DNA from: Saccostrea echinata
Lineage: Eukaryota
Direction of reading: 5' to 3'
DNA length: 64,000 nucleotides
NCBI RefSeq assembly: GCF_033153115.1
Contig: NW_026889801.1
Span: 3,844,001 to 3,908,000 of the forward strand
Numbering within the stretch: the stretch's first letter is position 1; each line of letters opens with the position of its first letter. A program made the position numbers and the translations under genes. Under the pieces are notes generated by a model, which was not told the DNA's origin, made no database searches, and worked only from the letters and a program-made list of their open reading frames with translations. This document shows positions 40,901 through 50,342 of the stretch, piece after piece.

Positions 40901-42882
40901 TCATTTATTTGTTTTTCAATTTCTTTCTTAGCCTTTGGAGACGTACGATATGGTTGTGATTTGATTGGTTTATCATCTTCAGTGATAATTGAATGACGAT
41001 AAACATTACACTTGCCCAATTCTGATAAATTGTTTGCAAAGACATCACTGTTTTTGTTTATAAATATTTGAAAAATTTCTTTTTCTTTCTCAGATAGAAT
41101 GGAAGATGATGAATCAAGAGGTACCGATTTGTATTTTGAGGTCACCTTTGCGTTTTGTTGATCCAAAGAAAATATATTCGCGTCATCAATGGGATTCACC
41201 GATGCTATGATTGTTCCAGCCGGAATATTTATCTGTTCATTAGAAGTATTAGTGACCTGCATAAACACTTGTCTAGGTTTATTTATAACCACACATTTTG
41301 CAACCGCGAGACCCGTTCGTTTATTAGATTTTGGTTCTAATAGCACCGTGGCTTTGTTTTTAGTGCGCGATAATCTAACAGGAATGTTTATCATAGAGTC
41401 TGGCGGAATGACCATTGATCTGACAGCTCTTGCCAACCCTGTCTTACAATTGATAACATTGATATGAGCTGAAAATTCTTGCAAGTGCAAAGTTCTTGAG
41501 CCCCAATCTAAACATGCTTTTTGTTGTTTCATGAAATCAGTTCCCAGAATTACCGGATGGCACAATGCCTCAATGATATGAAAAGTATGTTTTAAATTGA
41601 GACCTCCAATTTTGATTTGTAACTCAACTTTTCCATTTACTGGATGTGATGTTCCACCTGCCCCAGTTATATCTAAAATTTCTGAAACTTTTATTTGCTT
41701 TTTCTGAGTTTTCAATTTTCTCAAAACATGTGAATTGATAGCAGAAATAGAGGATCCGGTATCTAAAAGAGCATTGAATTTGGAATGCTGAATGTAAACA
41801 GGGACATAACATTTATCAGCAAAACTGACCAAAGCATCCACTGCTTCACTATTGTGATTGATTCTAGCGTTACAAGTAACTCTTTCATTTGTTTGCTTGT
41901 TTTGCAATTTGTTAGAGACAGTCTTGAATTCTTGTTTGCGTATCCGTGTCTGTCTACATGCTCTTGAAAAATGACCTATTCTCTGACAATTGTAGCACAC
42001 AGCATTCTTAGCTGGACACGTGGTCCTATTCCTGCACATTTTCAAACATTTACATGTGGGAAAACTCATGCGTTGCAGTGGTAAATTAGTATGATTGTTA
42101 GTAGACCTTCTCTGCACATTAGTAAACATATTTTGTCTTGGAACCCGATATCTTTGTGGTTGCCGAGTTTGTGAGGCATATTGTCTATTGTATCGCGTGC
42201 GCTGTTTCTGCATTATTGTGTCTTTTTGCGGCATGGGTGGAAGTGTAGGCACGAATTGTTGTTGGTGTTGCGCATAATGTGATTGTGCGTAATATTGCTG
42301 TGGTAAATTTTGATTGACAGCATTGATTTCTGGTTTAAGAATTTTATCTTGTATATTGTTGATTTCTGCCAATAAATTTTCGTAAGTTTCCAAAGTATCT
42401 AATTGAGATGGTTGAGATTTCTCTGCCAACAAAGCAATTTGCCTTACTTTTTCCATTGTTTTAGGATTTTGTGTTACTACAAAAGTTTTGTTATTATTCC
42501 TTAACCCGTTCATAGCAACAGATAATAAGACATTTTCCGGAATAGTTTTGATTGAAGCAGTTTTGATAAGTCTTGTTAAAAAATCTTCTACTGATTCTGT
42601 AACATTTTGTTTCATTTGCAACACTGACAAATCTAAAAAATTGCCAAACTCTGTGAATCTTTCCTGAAACAATGTTAAGGTATCTGAATTTGACTTTTGT
42701 TCAAAAGGTAGAGAATCATACCATACCTTTGCATGCCCTTGTAAATGAAAGGGAAACGCATCAACAATCTTGCTATCAGTTAAATCATGAAATCTTGCCC
42801 ATTGAAAAAAATTTGTCAACCATATAACAACATTTTGTGTACCGTCACCTTTAAATTTTTCTAGTTTAATAGAAGTGGACAT
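37987..42882 (-). CDS. Gag-Pol polyprotein: gag (CCHC knuckle) - protease - RT - RNase H - integrase - chromo-like domain
   Basis: CYNCQRIGHFSRAC; ALLDTGS; LDLASGYWQ, MPFGL, YIDD; CDASG, TDHKAL; integrase HHCC and SDRGQNF..ERIN; WEGPY; C-terminal EKLLKSKWMNNKRYYIVKWADGSPPTWEP. Confidence 0.98.
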   Translation of the reverse strand: MSTSIKLEKFKGDGTQNVVIWLTNFFQWARFHDLTDSKIVDAFPFHLQGHAKVWYDSLPFEQKSNSDTLTLFQERFTEFGNFLDLSVLQMKQNVTESVEDFLTRLIKTASIKTIPENVLLSVAMNGLRNNNKTFVVTQNPKTMEKVRQIALLAEKSQPSQLDTLETYENLLAEINNIQDKILKPEINAVNQNLPQQYYAQSHYAQHQQQFVPTLPPMPQKDTIMQKQRTRYNRQYASQTRQPQRYRVPRQNMFTNVQRRSTNNHTNLPLQRMSFPTCKCLKMCRNRTTCPAKNAVCYNCQRIGHFSRACRQTRIRKQEFKTVSNKLQNKQTNERVTCNARINHNSEAVDALVSFADKCYVPVYIQHSKFNALLDTGSSISAINSHVLRKLKTQKKQIKVSEILDITGAGGTSHPVNGKVELQIKIGGLNLKHTFHIIEALCHPVILGTDFMKQQKACLDWGSRTLHLQEFSAHINVINCKTGLARAVRSMVIPPDSMINIPVRLSRTKNKATVLLEPKSNKRTGLAVAKCVVINKPRQVFMQVTNTSNEQINIPAGTIIASVNPIDDANIFSLDQQNAKVTSKYKSVPLDSSSSILSEKEKEIFQIFINKNSDVFANNLSELGKCNVYRHSIITEDDKPIKSQPYRTSPKAKKEIEKQINEMLKYDIIEESTSSYASPVVLVKKPNNEYRFAIDYRKLNAVTPVQTFPTVRLEDVFDAIGQNKAKIFSTLDLASGYWQVALDEKTKHKTAFITHDNLYQFKRMPFGLVNAPATFQMLMNMVLKGLTWKHCLVYIDDIIVWSDTFENHLKHLNLVFDRLRQANLTLKPKKCSFAKPEVTYLGHIISKEGIKVDPSKVDAVQSFPLPQNQHDIRSFLGLANYYRKFVRGYSKIALPSNRLLTKDTPFKWTKDCQIAFDTLKQALTTTPVLAYPDFQKPFILSCDASGMAIGYVLSQIGDNNKEHVIAYGGRALNKYEKAYSVTEQEMLALVSAIAHLRVYLVNNKFLVYTDHKALTWLKTIKHTNARLIRWALKLQEYSFEVKHRPGIKHQNCDALSRRPYSKETNTSEANNDVIPNEITEVTLLFPNDNQQHILEINNTLSEREKETQNKNQIEQIQQEQQNCPYFKHIYKYLQDGTLPNDPKRAKAIPYEANQCELVHDILFHIFQPRSKNKSNPEAVIKQMACPQSLRDDVLKSYHDSLAGGCHLGVHRTYLAIKQKYFWPGMYQNVYDYVTSCDVCQRVKRDTASRTAPLHPLPVEGTFARWHMDILGGLPKTKQGYQYILLVTDSLSHWSEALPMKTQEATGVAHLLYKEIFTRYGAPRTLVSDRGQNFMSKVVQALCKIFQVTRHVTSSYHPQSNVACERINSTLAQSLRAYCQKNQDAWEDVLPSVMMAFRMSPSTQSTGYSPYYMLFGKEMPLPIDISLIPREVLEKAPKEYIDDLINKVKIVHEIAKKNVSKVQEKNKERYDKKTKEPQFKIRDEVLLKVMKRTPGRKHKLEPKWEGPYYIIKVNPNHSFRLRRSNDHVELKASVHANRLRLYKDPRDYRPPPQAHNLQKRDNVNNQNAQTQQTQKDEWHTLEKLLKSKWMNNKRYYIVKWADGSPPTWEPSNNISQLLKQLYHSSTRRRKRRF

Positions 42883-43611
42883 TTTTGAAAAAAAAAATGA
42901 TGTCCTACCTGTCCTATCTTTATTTTATAAGTCTTGAAGCAAAAATATCCGTTCCTCAAAAGAAGAGTCACTTGCGTGTGTCGGACACCCCGCTCCAGCA
43001 CTGCACTATCGGAACTGTCCCAAAAGTTTAATAGTTCGTGTTCCTGGTTTCGAGAAGATTGGACGGTATCTGGAAACGCGCGACAAACATGGGAGCCCGC
43101 AACCTGCGAAACTGGCTTCTCTATCTCTACCTCTTGGTCCTGTCCAAGGTGTATCTGGTCCTCTTACCCCGGGTGTGTCTGGTTTTCTGGGAAAAGATTG
43201 TCGTCTGATGGCTCTGGTGTTTCGTAGGCAAGATTGGATTTAAGCTCTGATCCTCATCTTTGCGTAATTATATGTTCAATCAACGACTAAAATCCTGGCT
43301 CATTAAGCTTCGTGCGCCTCATAGAAATGCCTCGGGTTTCTCTGTTTGAAATAGACTTTCTTTGTAAATCGTGGACTTCCTGGTCCTGGTCAGGCATTGA
43401 TAAATCCTCGCTTATTCTCGTCTGCACTCGATTTATATGTTTGAGTCAAATATGAAATTTCAAAGTTCAATTCTCGTTGAATGAAAACTTCTGGGGAAAA
43501 TATGGCGTTAGTTCAATCAATCGTTGCAAATGTTTTATTCGCCTAAAGACACTGGCTTCCATGTAATTGTGACTCTCAACAGTCCCGTTTTTCCGAAACG
43601 TAATATCACAA

Positions 43612-43627
43612 CCCCATTTCTCCACCA
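43612..43627 (-). promoter_or_regulatory. Primer-binding site, probably tRNA-Ala
   Basis: TGGTGGAGA immediately inside the 5' LTR is complementary to a ..UCUCCACCA tRNA 3' end. Confidence 0.7.
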
Positions 43628-43628
43628 C

Positions 43629-44748
43629 TTTTCATATAAAAAAAATATGTTGTGGGTTGTGGGGGATTTTCGTTTATTTCGAATATATTGTTTTTGGTCT
43701 TGGAATTTCTCTCGTCACTGGATAAATTGATTATCAGCTCCGGGATCGTTGTGCGCTTTTTGCCTGTGAGAGGTTTTTAGACACAGGGGAACAATTCTTA
43801 CAATCCCCTGGTCTTGACCAGATTGACCCAAGTTAGTTGGGTTATTAATGGTCCTTTATTTCTCAAAAACGCTCCAGTTTGAATCTACTCTTCCTAGGAT
43901 ATGTTCCCTTCCTGTCCATAGCGCATCACAGGTTATGGGGAGTGGTCCTAGCTGTTACCCAACCTGTATAAATGCAACCAGAAAGAGACAAAATCCAGCA
44001 GACCACCCTTTATTAAATTAACACATACATTCTAATTATTTACAATTACTAAAGTTACACAATACACAATATGATAAACATTATAATAAATACGAAACAT
44101 TTATATCAGATTATAAAATATATTAACCTGTAAATACATTAAGCCATCTGAACATTTTAACCATCTTACAAAAATCGCACAAGTCTATAAAAATATCTTA
44201 CCTGTATAAATGTAACCAGAAAGAGACAAAATCCAGCAGACCACCGGCTGGATATGTCTCACTGCGCTACATTTATACCCCCGTACATGCCCTGCATATT
44301 TGAGTATTTCTTCAAAATTTGCACTAATGACTTTTAACTTTGCTCTGAATTTAACTTAATCTTATCCGACCTTAAACCCTCTTTTAATCCTTAATTGCAC
44401 CTTAACATTCTTGTTAAACTTTTTGCATAATCTTGACTTTTTATTTACTGTAGATAATTTATACAGATGCATGACCTCTGCTCCCTCGCATCAACCTCTT
44501 TGATTGGTTACACCCTTATTCTTGACCAAGCCAGCATCTTATAAACAAGTTCTTAATCTACAAACAAATAGCAAACCTCATGGAGCTTAATTATCAGCGG
44601 TGAAAAGTTCATCCTGTACTCCTGCCCAGCATCTGTTTTCTTCTATTTTTATCCTGCGCGATCGGCTAAACCTTAATACCTTTGCTACTTTACCCCCGAG
44701 ATTCATAAATTCCACAATTTTCTATTTTTATGCACTTTTTGTTATGAT
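43629..44748 (-). repeat. 5' LTR (CCAAT near 44505, TATA near 44275, AATAAA near 44010 on the - strand)
   Basis: Direct repeat of 34927-36046. The - strand reads aaccaatc ... gggtataaatg ... aataaa in the expected U3/R order. Confidence 0.95.
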
Positions 44749-45131
44749 AATATTAAAAATGTATCTGTAATTTGTAATGCCATATTAGATTTATGGAGAA
44801 ATATGAGTATACATATCTATAGAACAACTTCTAAAAATGGTTTTAATATTTATAATATAATTTATAATAAAATATCGCTCGGAGTTATAAGACCATATTG
44901 ATCAATCTGTGATGATTAAAAGTACCCTATTGAATATGTTTTTCTCTTTTTTGTGAAACTGTATTGTTCCAAATGAAGCCTGCTTTGTAATGGCTGTAAT
45001 GATAATTAATAATTATTGTAAAGTCGACAGGTTGATGTTGAATTATATCATTAAATTAATGAATAGCAGATAAGAAAAAAAAGACTTTCGTGTAATACTG
45101 CCTTAAGTCCTCTTACAAAAACTTATGCTTT

Positions 45132-45504
45132 GATGTAGATGTAGAGTGTTGTATTCATAACACGCGTCTTAGAAATATGCTCTTTTGCGAGGGGATGCTC
45201 CGCTTTGCGGTACTCCTGTTATTTATTGTTTTTTGCACAATATCCTCCTTGTCCAAGAATTCTTCTCTCTATTAGTGTATTCATAATATTGAAAAACGGA
45301 AACCACGACTGAAAATATTCTACATTACGTATTGATATTTTTTTTAAAATGACATTTTCCTTTAAAATTGCATTAAAGAATATTTTGGTACTGCGTTTGA
45401 ACTACCCTGTCGGTACCCATGTTTTCGGGAGAACTGTCAGTCTGCATGCACTTGTAAAATGAAATTCTGTCACCGTATAAAAGGATGTCAAAATATGACA
45501 TGTG
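45132..45504 (+). pseudogene. Mini-EGF receptor copy D (pseudogene; closest to copy A)
   Basis: 45367-45504 CIKEYFGTAFELPCRYPCFRENCQSACTCKMKFCHRIKGC aligns to copy A exon 3, with the acceptor lost, C>F and G>R. DVECCIHNTRLRNMLFCE near 45138 may be exon 2. Confidence 0.7.
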
Positions 45505-45850
45505 GTTTGCTGTCCGTATGTTCTATCAATTGTTATTTTATCGGAATTATGTATTTAGATGTTCTTGTGCGCTAATACTTTAAAAAGGGGGATATGGTAA
45601 ACATTAAATGATACATTTGTATCAGTGAGTTTTCAAAATGTTTTAATTTATACCACTAAGCATGGTCATGAGTTAATGAATGCTGATAATGGTAAGTCAA
45701 GTGGTGTTGGACATTATGAAACAATTCATTCACAGAATAATCTCAACTTTTTTTCATAAAATTCTAGTTAACGTACAAACATTTCCATTAAAAAGCACAT
45801 CAAGTATTACAAAAACGACCCGCCTAGAGACATCGTCTATAAACATGAGC

Positions 45851-46030
45851 TTTTTTAGCTCACCTGAACGGAAGGCTCAAGTGGGCTTTTCTGATCGAAA
45901 TTTGTCCGTTGTCTGTTGTCGTCGTTTTCGTCGTCGTCGTTGTCGTCATAGTCTTAAACTTTCACATTTTCATCCTCCTCTTAAGATTCACTGCGCCAAT
46001 TTCAACCAAACTTGCCACAAAGTATCCTTC

Positions 46031-46068
<38 letters not shown>

Positions 46069-47394
46069 TCTTTCTTCCAAGGGGATATAATTATGATTTT
46101 GTATAAACTTAATGGCATCATTAAAAAATCTTCTTCTCAAGAACCACTGTGCTTGAAGGTATGAAACTTATGTGGAATCATTATGAAGTGGTGTATATTC
46201 AAGTTTGTTCAAATCATGACCCCAGGGGATAAGGTTGAGCCATAATGGGTGATCAAAGTTTTACATCGGAATACATATGAAAAAAAAAATCTTTAAATGT
46301 CATCTCCTCAAGAACATCAAAGCCATGGCTATTAGACATATTTATATGGAAGCATCCTCAGGCAGTGTAGATTCAAGCTTATTCAAATCATGACTCCTGG
46401 CGGTAGGATTGGGCCAAAATGGGCGATAAAAGTTTAACATTGGAAAATCTTTTAAAATCTTTACAAGAACAACAAAGGCATGATTGGTCATAATAATACA
46501 GAAGCATCCTCAGTTAATGTAGATTTAAAGAGCTAGGTTCACTTTATGCATAAAATGGCCCTGTCCTTATATCAATTAATTGACTATCACCCTCTGTCCC
46601 ATTTCACATATCAGAATAAAGTAGAGACTTAGTGCTTTCATTTCCTATAACAAATCTTTTTTTGAGAATCCAGGTATTGGAAAACAGGCTTTGAGAAAAT
46701 GCAATGTTCTTGAATTTTGCAGAAAACATGCGTATTTGACTACCATCCACAAAGAATTAAAATATGAGCACAGCCCACGATCCAAAAATTAAAACATGTT
46801 CTGTGATCTTCAGAAACAGATCTTTCATTATTCAATTGCATATTTTGGATCAGAGGTTGTGCTCTATATGAAATGTTGAAAAAATACCTCATCTTTTGGC
46901 CATTTTTAAGGGAATTTAGAGGAAATTGGGAAAATGACGCATTTTATGACGTCATAATGCATTGACTAGAGAGAAAATTACGTCATGTTCAATAGATATA
47001 CACGGTCACCAAGGGTCCAAGTTATAAATACTACATTTTCAACCAAAACTGAGCAGTTTCGATTTTTCAGAAATTCTCAGGGCCAAAAAAGGCTCTAAGT
47101 GGCTCTTGTTCTTTGTTCAAATCATGACCTCCAGGAGAATAGAGGGGATACACAGGGGATCATATTTATACAAAGGGATATAAAGAGTATATCAATAAAA
47201 ATTCATGTTAAGATCAAAAGAGTCATTATGTGTCATATTAATTCAAAAGCATCCTTAGGAAGTTTAGATTCAAGCTTGTTCAAATCATTAGCCTCCGACC
47301 ACTTTTATATTTAAACTTTTCAATATTGAACTGATTTCTGCTTTTTCTTAGCCAAAAGCTCAGATGAGCGATGTGGCCCCCTGGGCCTCTTGTT
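45851..47394 (+). mobile_element. HINE with internal ~165-bp tandem (satellite-like) units
   Basis: ttttttagctcacctga 5' subTIR and hairpin, (gtc)n microsatellite, repeated aaatcttcttctcaagaac..gattcaagtttgttcaaatcatgac units, 3' tcagatgagc plus a ggccc..gggcc hairpin and cttgtt. Confidence 0.85.
46527..47112. mobile_element. ~580-bp insertion nested in the HINE, with weak TIRs (Kolobok-like, tentative)
   Basis: Interrupts the unit gtagatt|..|tgttcaaatcatgacc. The ends aagagctaggttcact..tggccctg and cagggcca..aagtggctcttgttctt are imperfectly inverted. Confidence 0.5.
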
Positions 47395-48297
47395 AAAAAG
47401 TATTTGTTCAAATTTGAGTTAATGTGCCCTTCTTTTCCGTTTAGCTCTTTAGACTATGTGTAGATAAGAATTTTACAAAATGAATAACATTCCTTCAACT
47501 TGCAATTTTTTAGAAAAAAGTTGTTCATACTGGATAATTATGGTATTAATTTACAAACAATATGTGTTGTAAGGAAGACAGGTGATGTTAGAGAAAGTTA
47601 TATTGTAAATACATAAAAAAAATAATCTATTTTCGATCTGTCTTAGTGCATGTTTACAAACTGATTTTCTATTTCAGGTTTTTACGTTTGTTAGCGTTTC
47701 TATGGTGATTAATGTAAGAATAAAAGGGGAAACTGTCAATCCTGCGATTGATCATCAACAAACCTCATACGTCTTTAAGGCGTTGTCAGATTTGCACGTA
47801 AATGTTGGTCCTGGAATCGTTTGCGTTCATACGCAATTGCAATGCTTGTGCGGATTATAGAAACATGCTAAAATACCTACGGTTTGGAGAAAAATGAAAA
47901 AAAATGCTATAAATCATCATAGATGTTGATATACAAAATAACCTTCTGATTTTGGTCGTCATAGATCATGTCATTCCATGGCTTCATTCAGATTTTTATT
48001 TGTTCCAATCCACTTATCACACAGGAGCCAGTCAAGACAAGTATTCTGAAATAAATCTATGCGCTTTCTTTACGTTATCACGTTGTTGTTCAAGACCCAT
48101 TTCATAAAAAGAAATGAGATTCAATAGATAATAAGTGAGCAAAAAGTAACTGTTGATTATAACAAGGGAGCTATCCTGATTTTTATGTTGGAAGTGTTCG
48201 TGGTCTGCAAAATTTGTTCGGAAGGTAGGCAATGGACAGAAGATAGGTATCATTTGTTAAAAATAAATGATAAACACATGCAATCTTAATTTCTTTT

Positions 48298-48346
<49 letters not shown>

Positions 48347-48594
48347 AGTTGTCTTGAATTAGATATGTTAGATAGGGATTGTGTAAAGTGTGAAGACCAG
48401 CAAATTATATGCTCTACAGCAACAGGCATCATGGAATTGGATTGGTTCTTTATAGAAAAAATGAAAATAATTTACATTGAAACAGTATAGAATTAAGTAT
48501 ATATATATGCAGTATTTCATTATTTTTTCCATAATACATTTTTCAATAAAACTGGTTTACGATGAGCTCATATACAGGGAAATTTCCAATTATA

Positions 48595-48948
48595 TTGATT
48601 GATTGATTGATTGTATATTGTTTAACGTCCCATTCGAGAATTTTTCACTCATATAGAGACGTCACCATATACCGGTGAAGGGCTTCAAATTTTGACCTTT
48701 ACTCGGCACTCAGGGCCATTGAGCAGTGAGGGATGTTTATCGTGCCAACGCCTGCCGTGACACGGGGCCTCGGTTTTTAAGGTCTCATCCGATGGACCCG
48801 CAACTTTCACTTCAAAGTGCCGAGCGCATGGCGAAGGAACAGTTGCTACCTATTTTTTATCGACTTAGGTCTGTCGCGGCCGAGATTCGAACTCACGACC
48901 TCCCGATCACGGAGCGAGCGCTCTACCGACTGAGCTACCGTGAACGGT
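48595..48948 (-). mobile_element. tRNA-derived SINE (young)
   Basis: The - strand has tagctcagtcggtagagcg (A box) and gttcgaatc (B box), an (aatc)n tail, and a 14-bp TSD aatttccaattata. Confidence 0.95.
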
Positions 48949-49165
48949 AATTTCCAATTATAAGGAAGTTATATCTTTTCCCAATCCCTCATGTGAATAC
49001 TTTTTATACGTGTATCAAGAAAATCGTTTATACGGAGCTAAACTTCATGTCACTAGGAATTCCTTTCACGCAAGCATTACTGTATATTGAATAATGTTAC
49101 ATTTTTAGCATAAAACATGTAATTCAACAAAAAAAAAAACATTCCTTATTTAGATGAGGGAATTT

Positions 49166-49277
49166 CATAGAAGATATCCTTTGGTGTTAACCATAGTAGC
49201 GCCTGGTCGGTAGGTTGCAGCATGATGGCCTGCCCAGAAAGAAATTGATGATCCCAGTATCCAAATGGTAGGGGTAC
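49166..49277 (-). pseudogene. Truncated SGNH hydrolase N-terminus of YR element 2
   Basis: GTPTIWILGSSISFWAGHHAATYRPG resembles SGNH block I. It has no ATG and is preceded by TACTAAC and ttttcag. Confidence 0.65.
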
Positions 49278-49307
49278 CTGAAAAATCTTTGGTAAAGTTA
49301 GTAGGCG

Positions 49308-50342
49308 CTAGGATAAAGAGGAAGAGCTTTGCTGTCTTCTAATGTAACTTAAATATGAAGTAGATCGCCATCTTCCCTTTGTCTTTATTTCAGTATCCGA
49401 GAGACCTTGTTTGGCTAGCTCTGTTGCCATGCCAATTCTAAAACTATGTGATCTAAAATGCCCTGTGACCCCAATAAATTGTAATCCTTTTTGTAATATG
49501 GCTTGGAACTGATATTTTGTAAGTGGCTTAGAGTTTAAATGTGTAAGGAGCTTGTCATTTCCTTGCAACCCCCCCCCCCCCCCAAGGAGCAGGAAATTAT
49601 TTATGATTGTACTTGGGTTGATAATGGATTCCATATGAGAGGTGATATCTACAATGAGAGAATGGCCAATTTGGTCTGTTTTAGACCTTTGAATAGTAAT
49701 CTGGCAAAGATTTTCATGCTTAATTGCGATGTCTGAAAAATTAAGTGCAAGTGTTTCACTTACTCTTAGCAAGCCATAAAATGTTAGAGTAAATGCAGCC
49801 GAGAAGAGGGCAGACTCGTATGTAGAATTGCAAACATTGGGCAGGCAATGAATAATTTTGTGAAACAGCTCATATGAAATAGGGATTCTTGGGTCTTTGT
49901 TCATACCTACTGATCTACGCAGCCCTTCCAAGGTTTTAGTAACTATGAAACATTTTGTTGAGTCTTGAAAACCATGTATTTTGTGTATGTTGGAGATCGC
50001 ATTTAAGCACAGTGATACTGTTCTGTATGACATATTATTAATTGAGAGGAAACCAATGAAATGCAACAGCTGTTGAACTGGTGTTGGCCAAATACTTTGA
50101 AAATTAAATTCTGAAAGGAAATTTTGAAATTTGTTAAGAGCTGTTGAGTATGCTTGGTGTGTTGATGGTGCTATTGAACACTGTAGTAATCTATCAGCTT
50201 CAAGCTTTACATTTCCCAGATGTGGCTTGGTAGTGGGGTGTGCCATAGGACTGCCTGCGGTGCCAGTCGCCTGAATCTGCGCATGACCCACTGAAATCGA
50301 GATAAGGAGTAGGCAATGAAATTTTGTTTTGTGGGGATACAT
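49308..50342 (-). CDS. Tyrosine recombinase (real start probably near 50210)
   Basis: FYGLLRVSE (R), RSKTDQ (K), HSFRIG (HxxR), GRWRS, YLSYIR (Y). Confidence 0.95.
   Translation of the reverse strand: MYPHKTKFHCLLLISISVGHAQIQATGTAGSPMAHPTTKPHLGNVKLEADRLLQCSIAPSTHQAYSTALNKFQNFLSEFNFQSIWPTPVQQLLHFIGFLSINNMSYRTVSLCLNAISNIHKIHGFQDSTKCFIVTKTLEGLRRSVGMNKDPRIPISYELFHKIIHCLPNVCNSTYESALFSAAFTLTFYGLLRVSETLALNFSDIAIKHENLCQITIQRSKTDQIGHSLIVDITSHMESIINPSTIINNFLLLGGGGGLQGNDKLLTHLNSKPLTKYQFQAILQKGLQFIGVTGHFRSHSFRIGMATELAKQGLSDTEIKTKGRWRSTSYLSYIRRQQSSSSLS

Larger units (their letters stand above)
34927..44749 (-). mobile_element. Full-length Ty3/Gypsy LTR retrotransposon
   Basis: Two ~1.12-kb near-identical LTRs, a PBS, a PPT and an intact gag-pol ORF. 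Confidence 0.97.

Noticed and set aside
47678-47860. AG-preceded 60-codon frame downstream of copy D
   Set aside because: No recognisable domain and no similarity to paralogue exons.
49565-49585. Poly-Gly insert (LGGGGGLQ) in the YR protein
   Set aside because: It comes from a long C homopolymer. Slippage or sequencing error is more likely than function.
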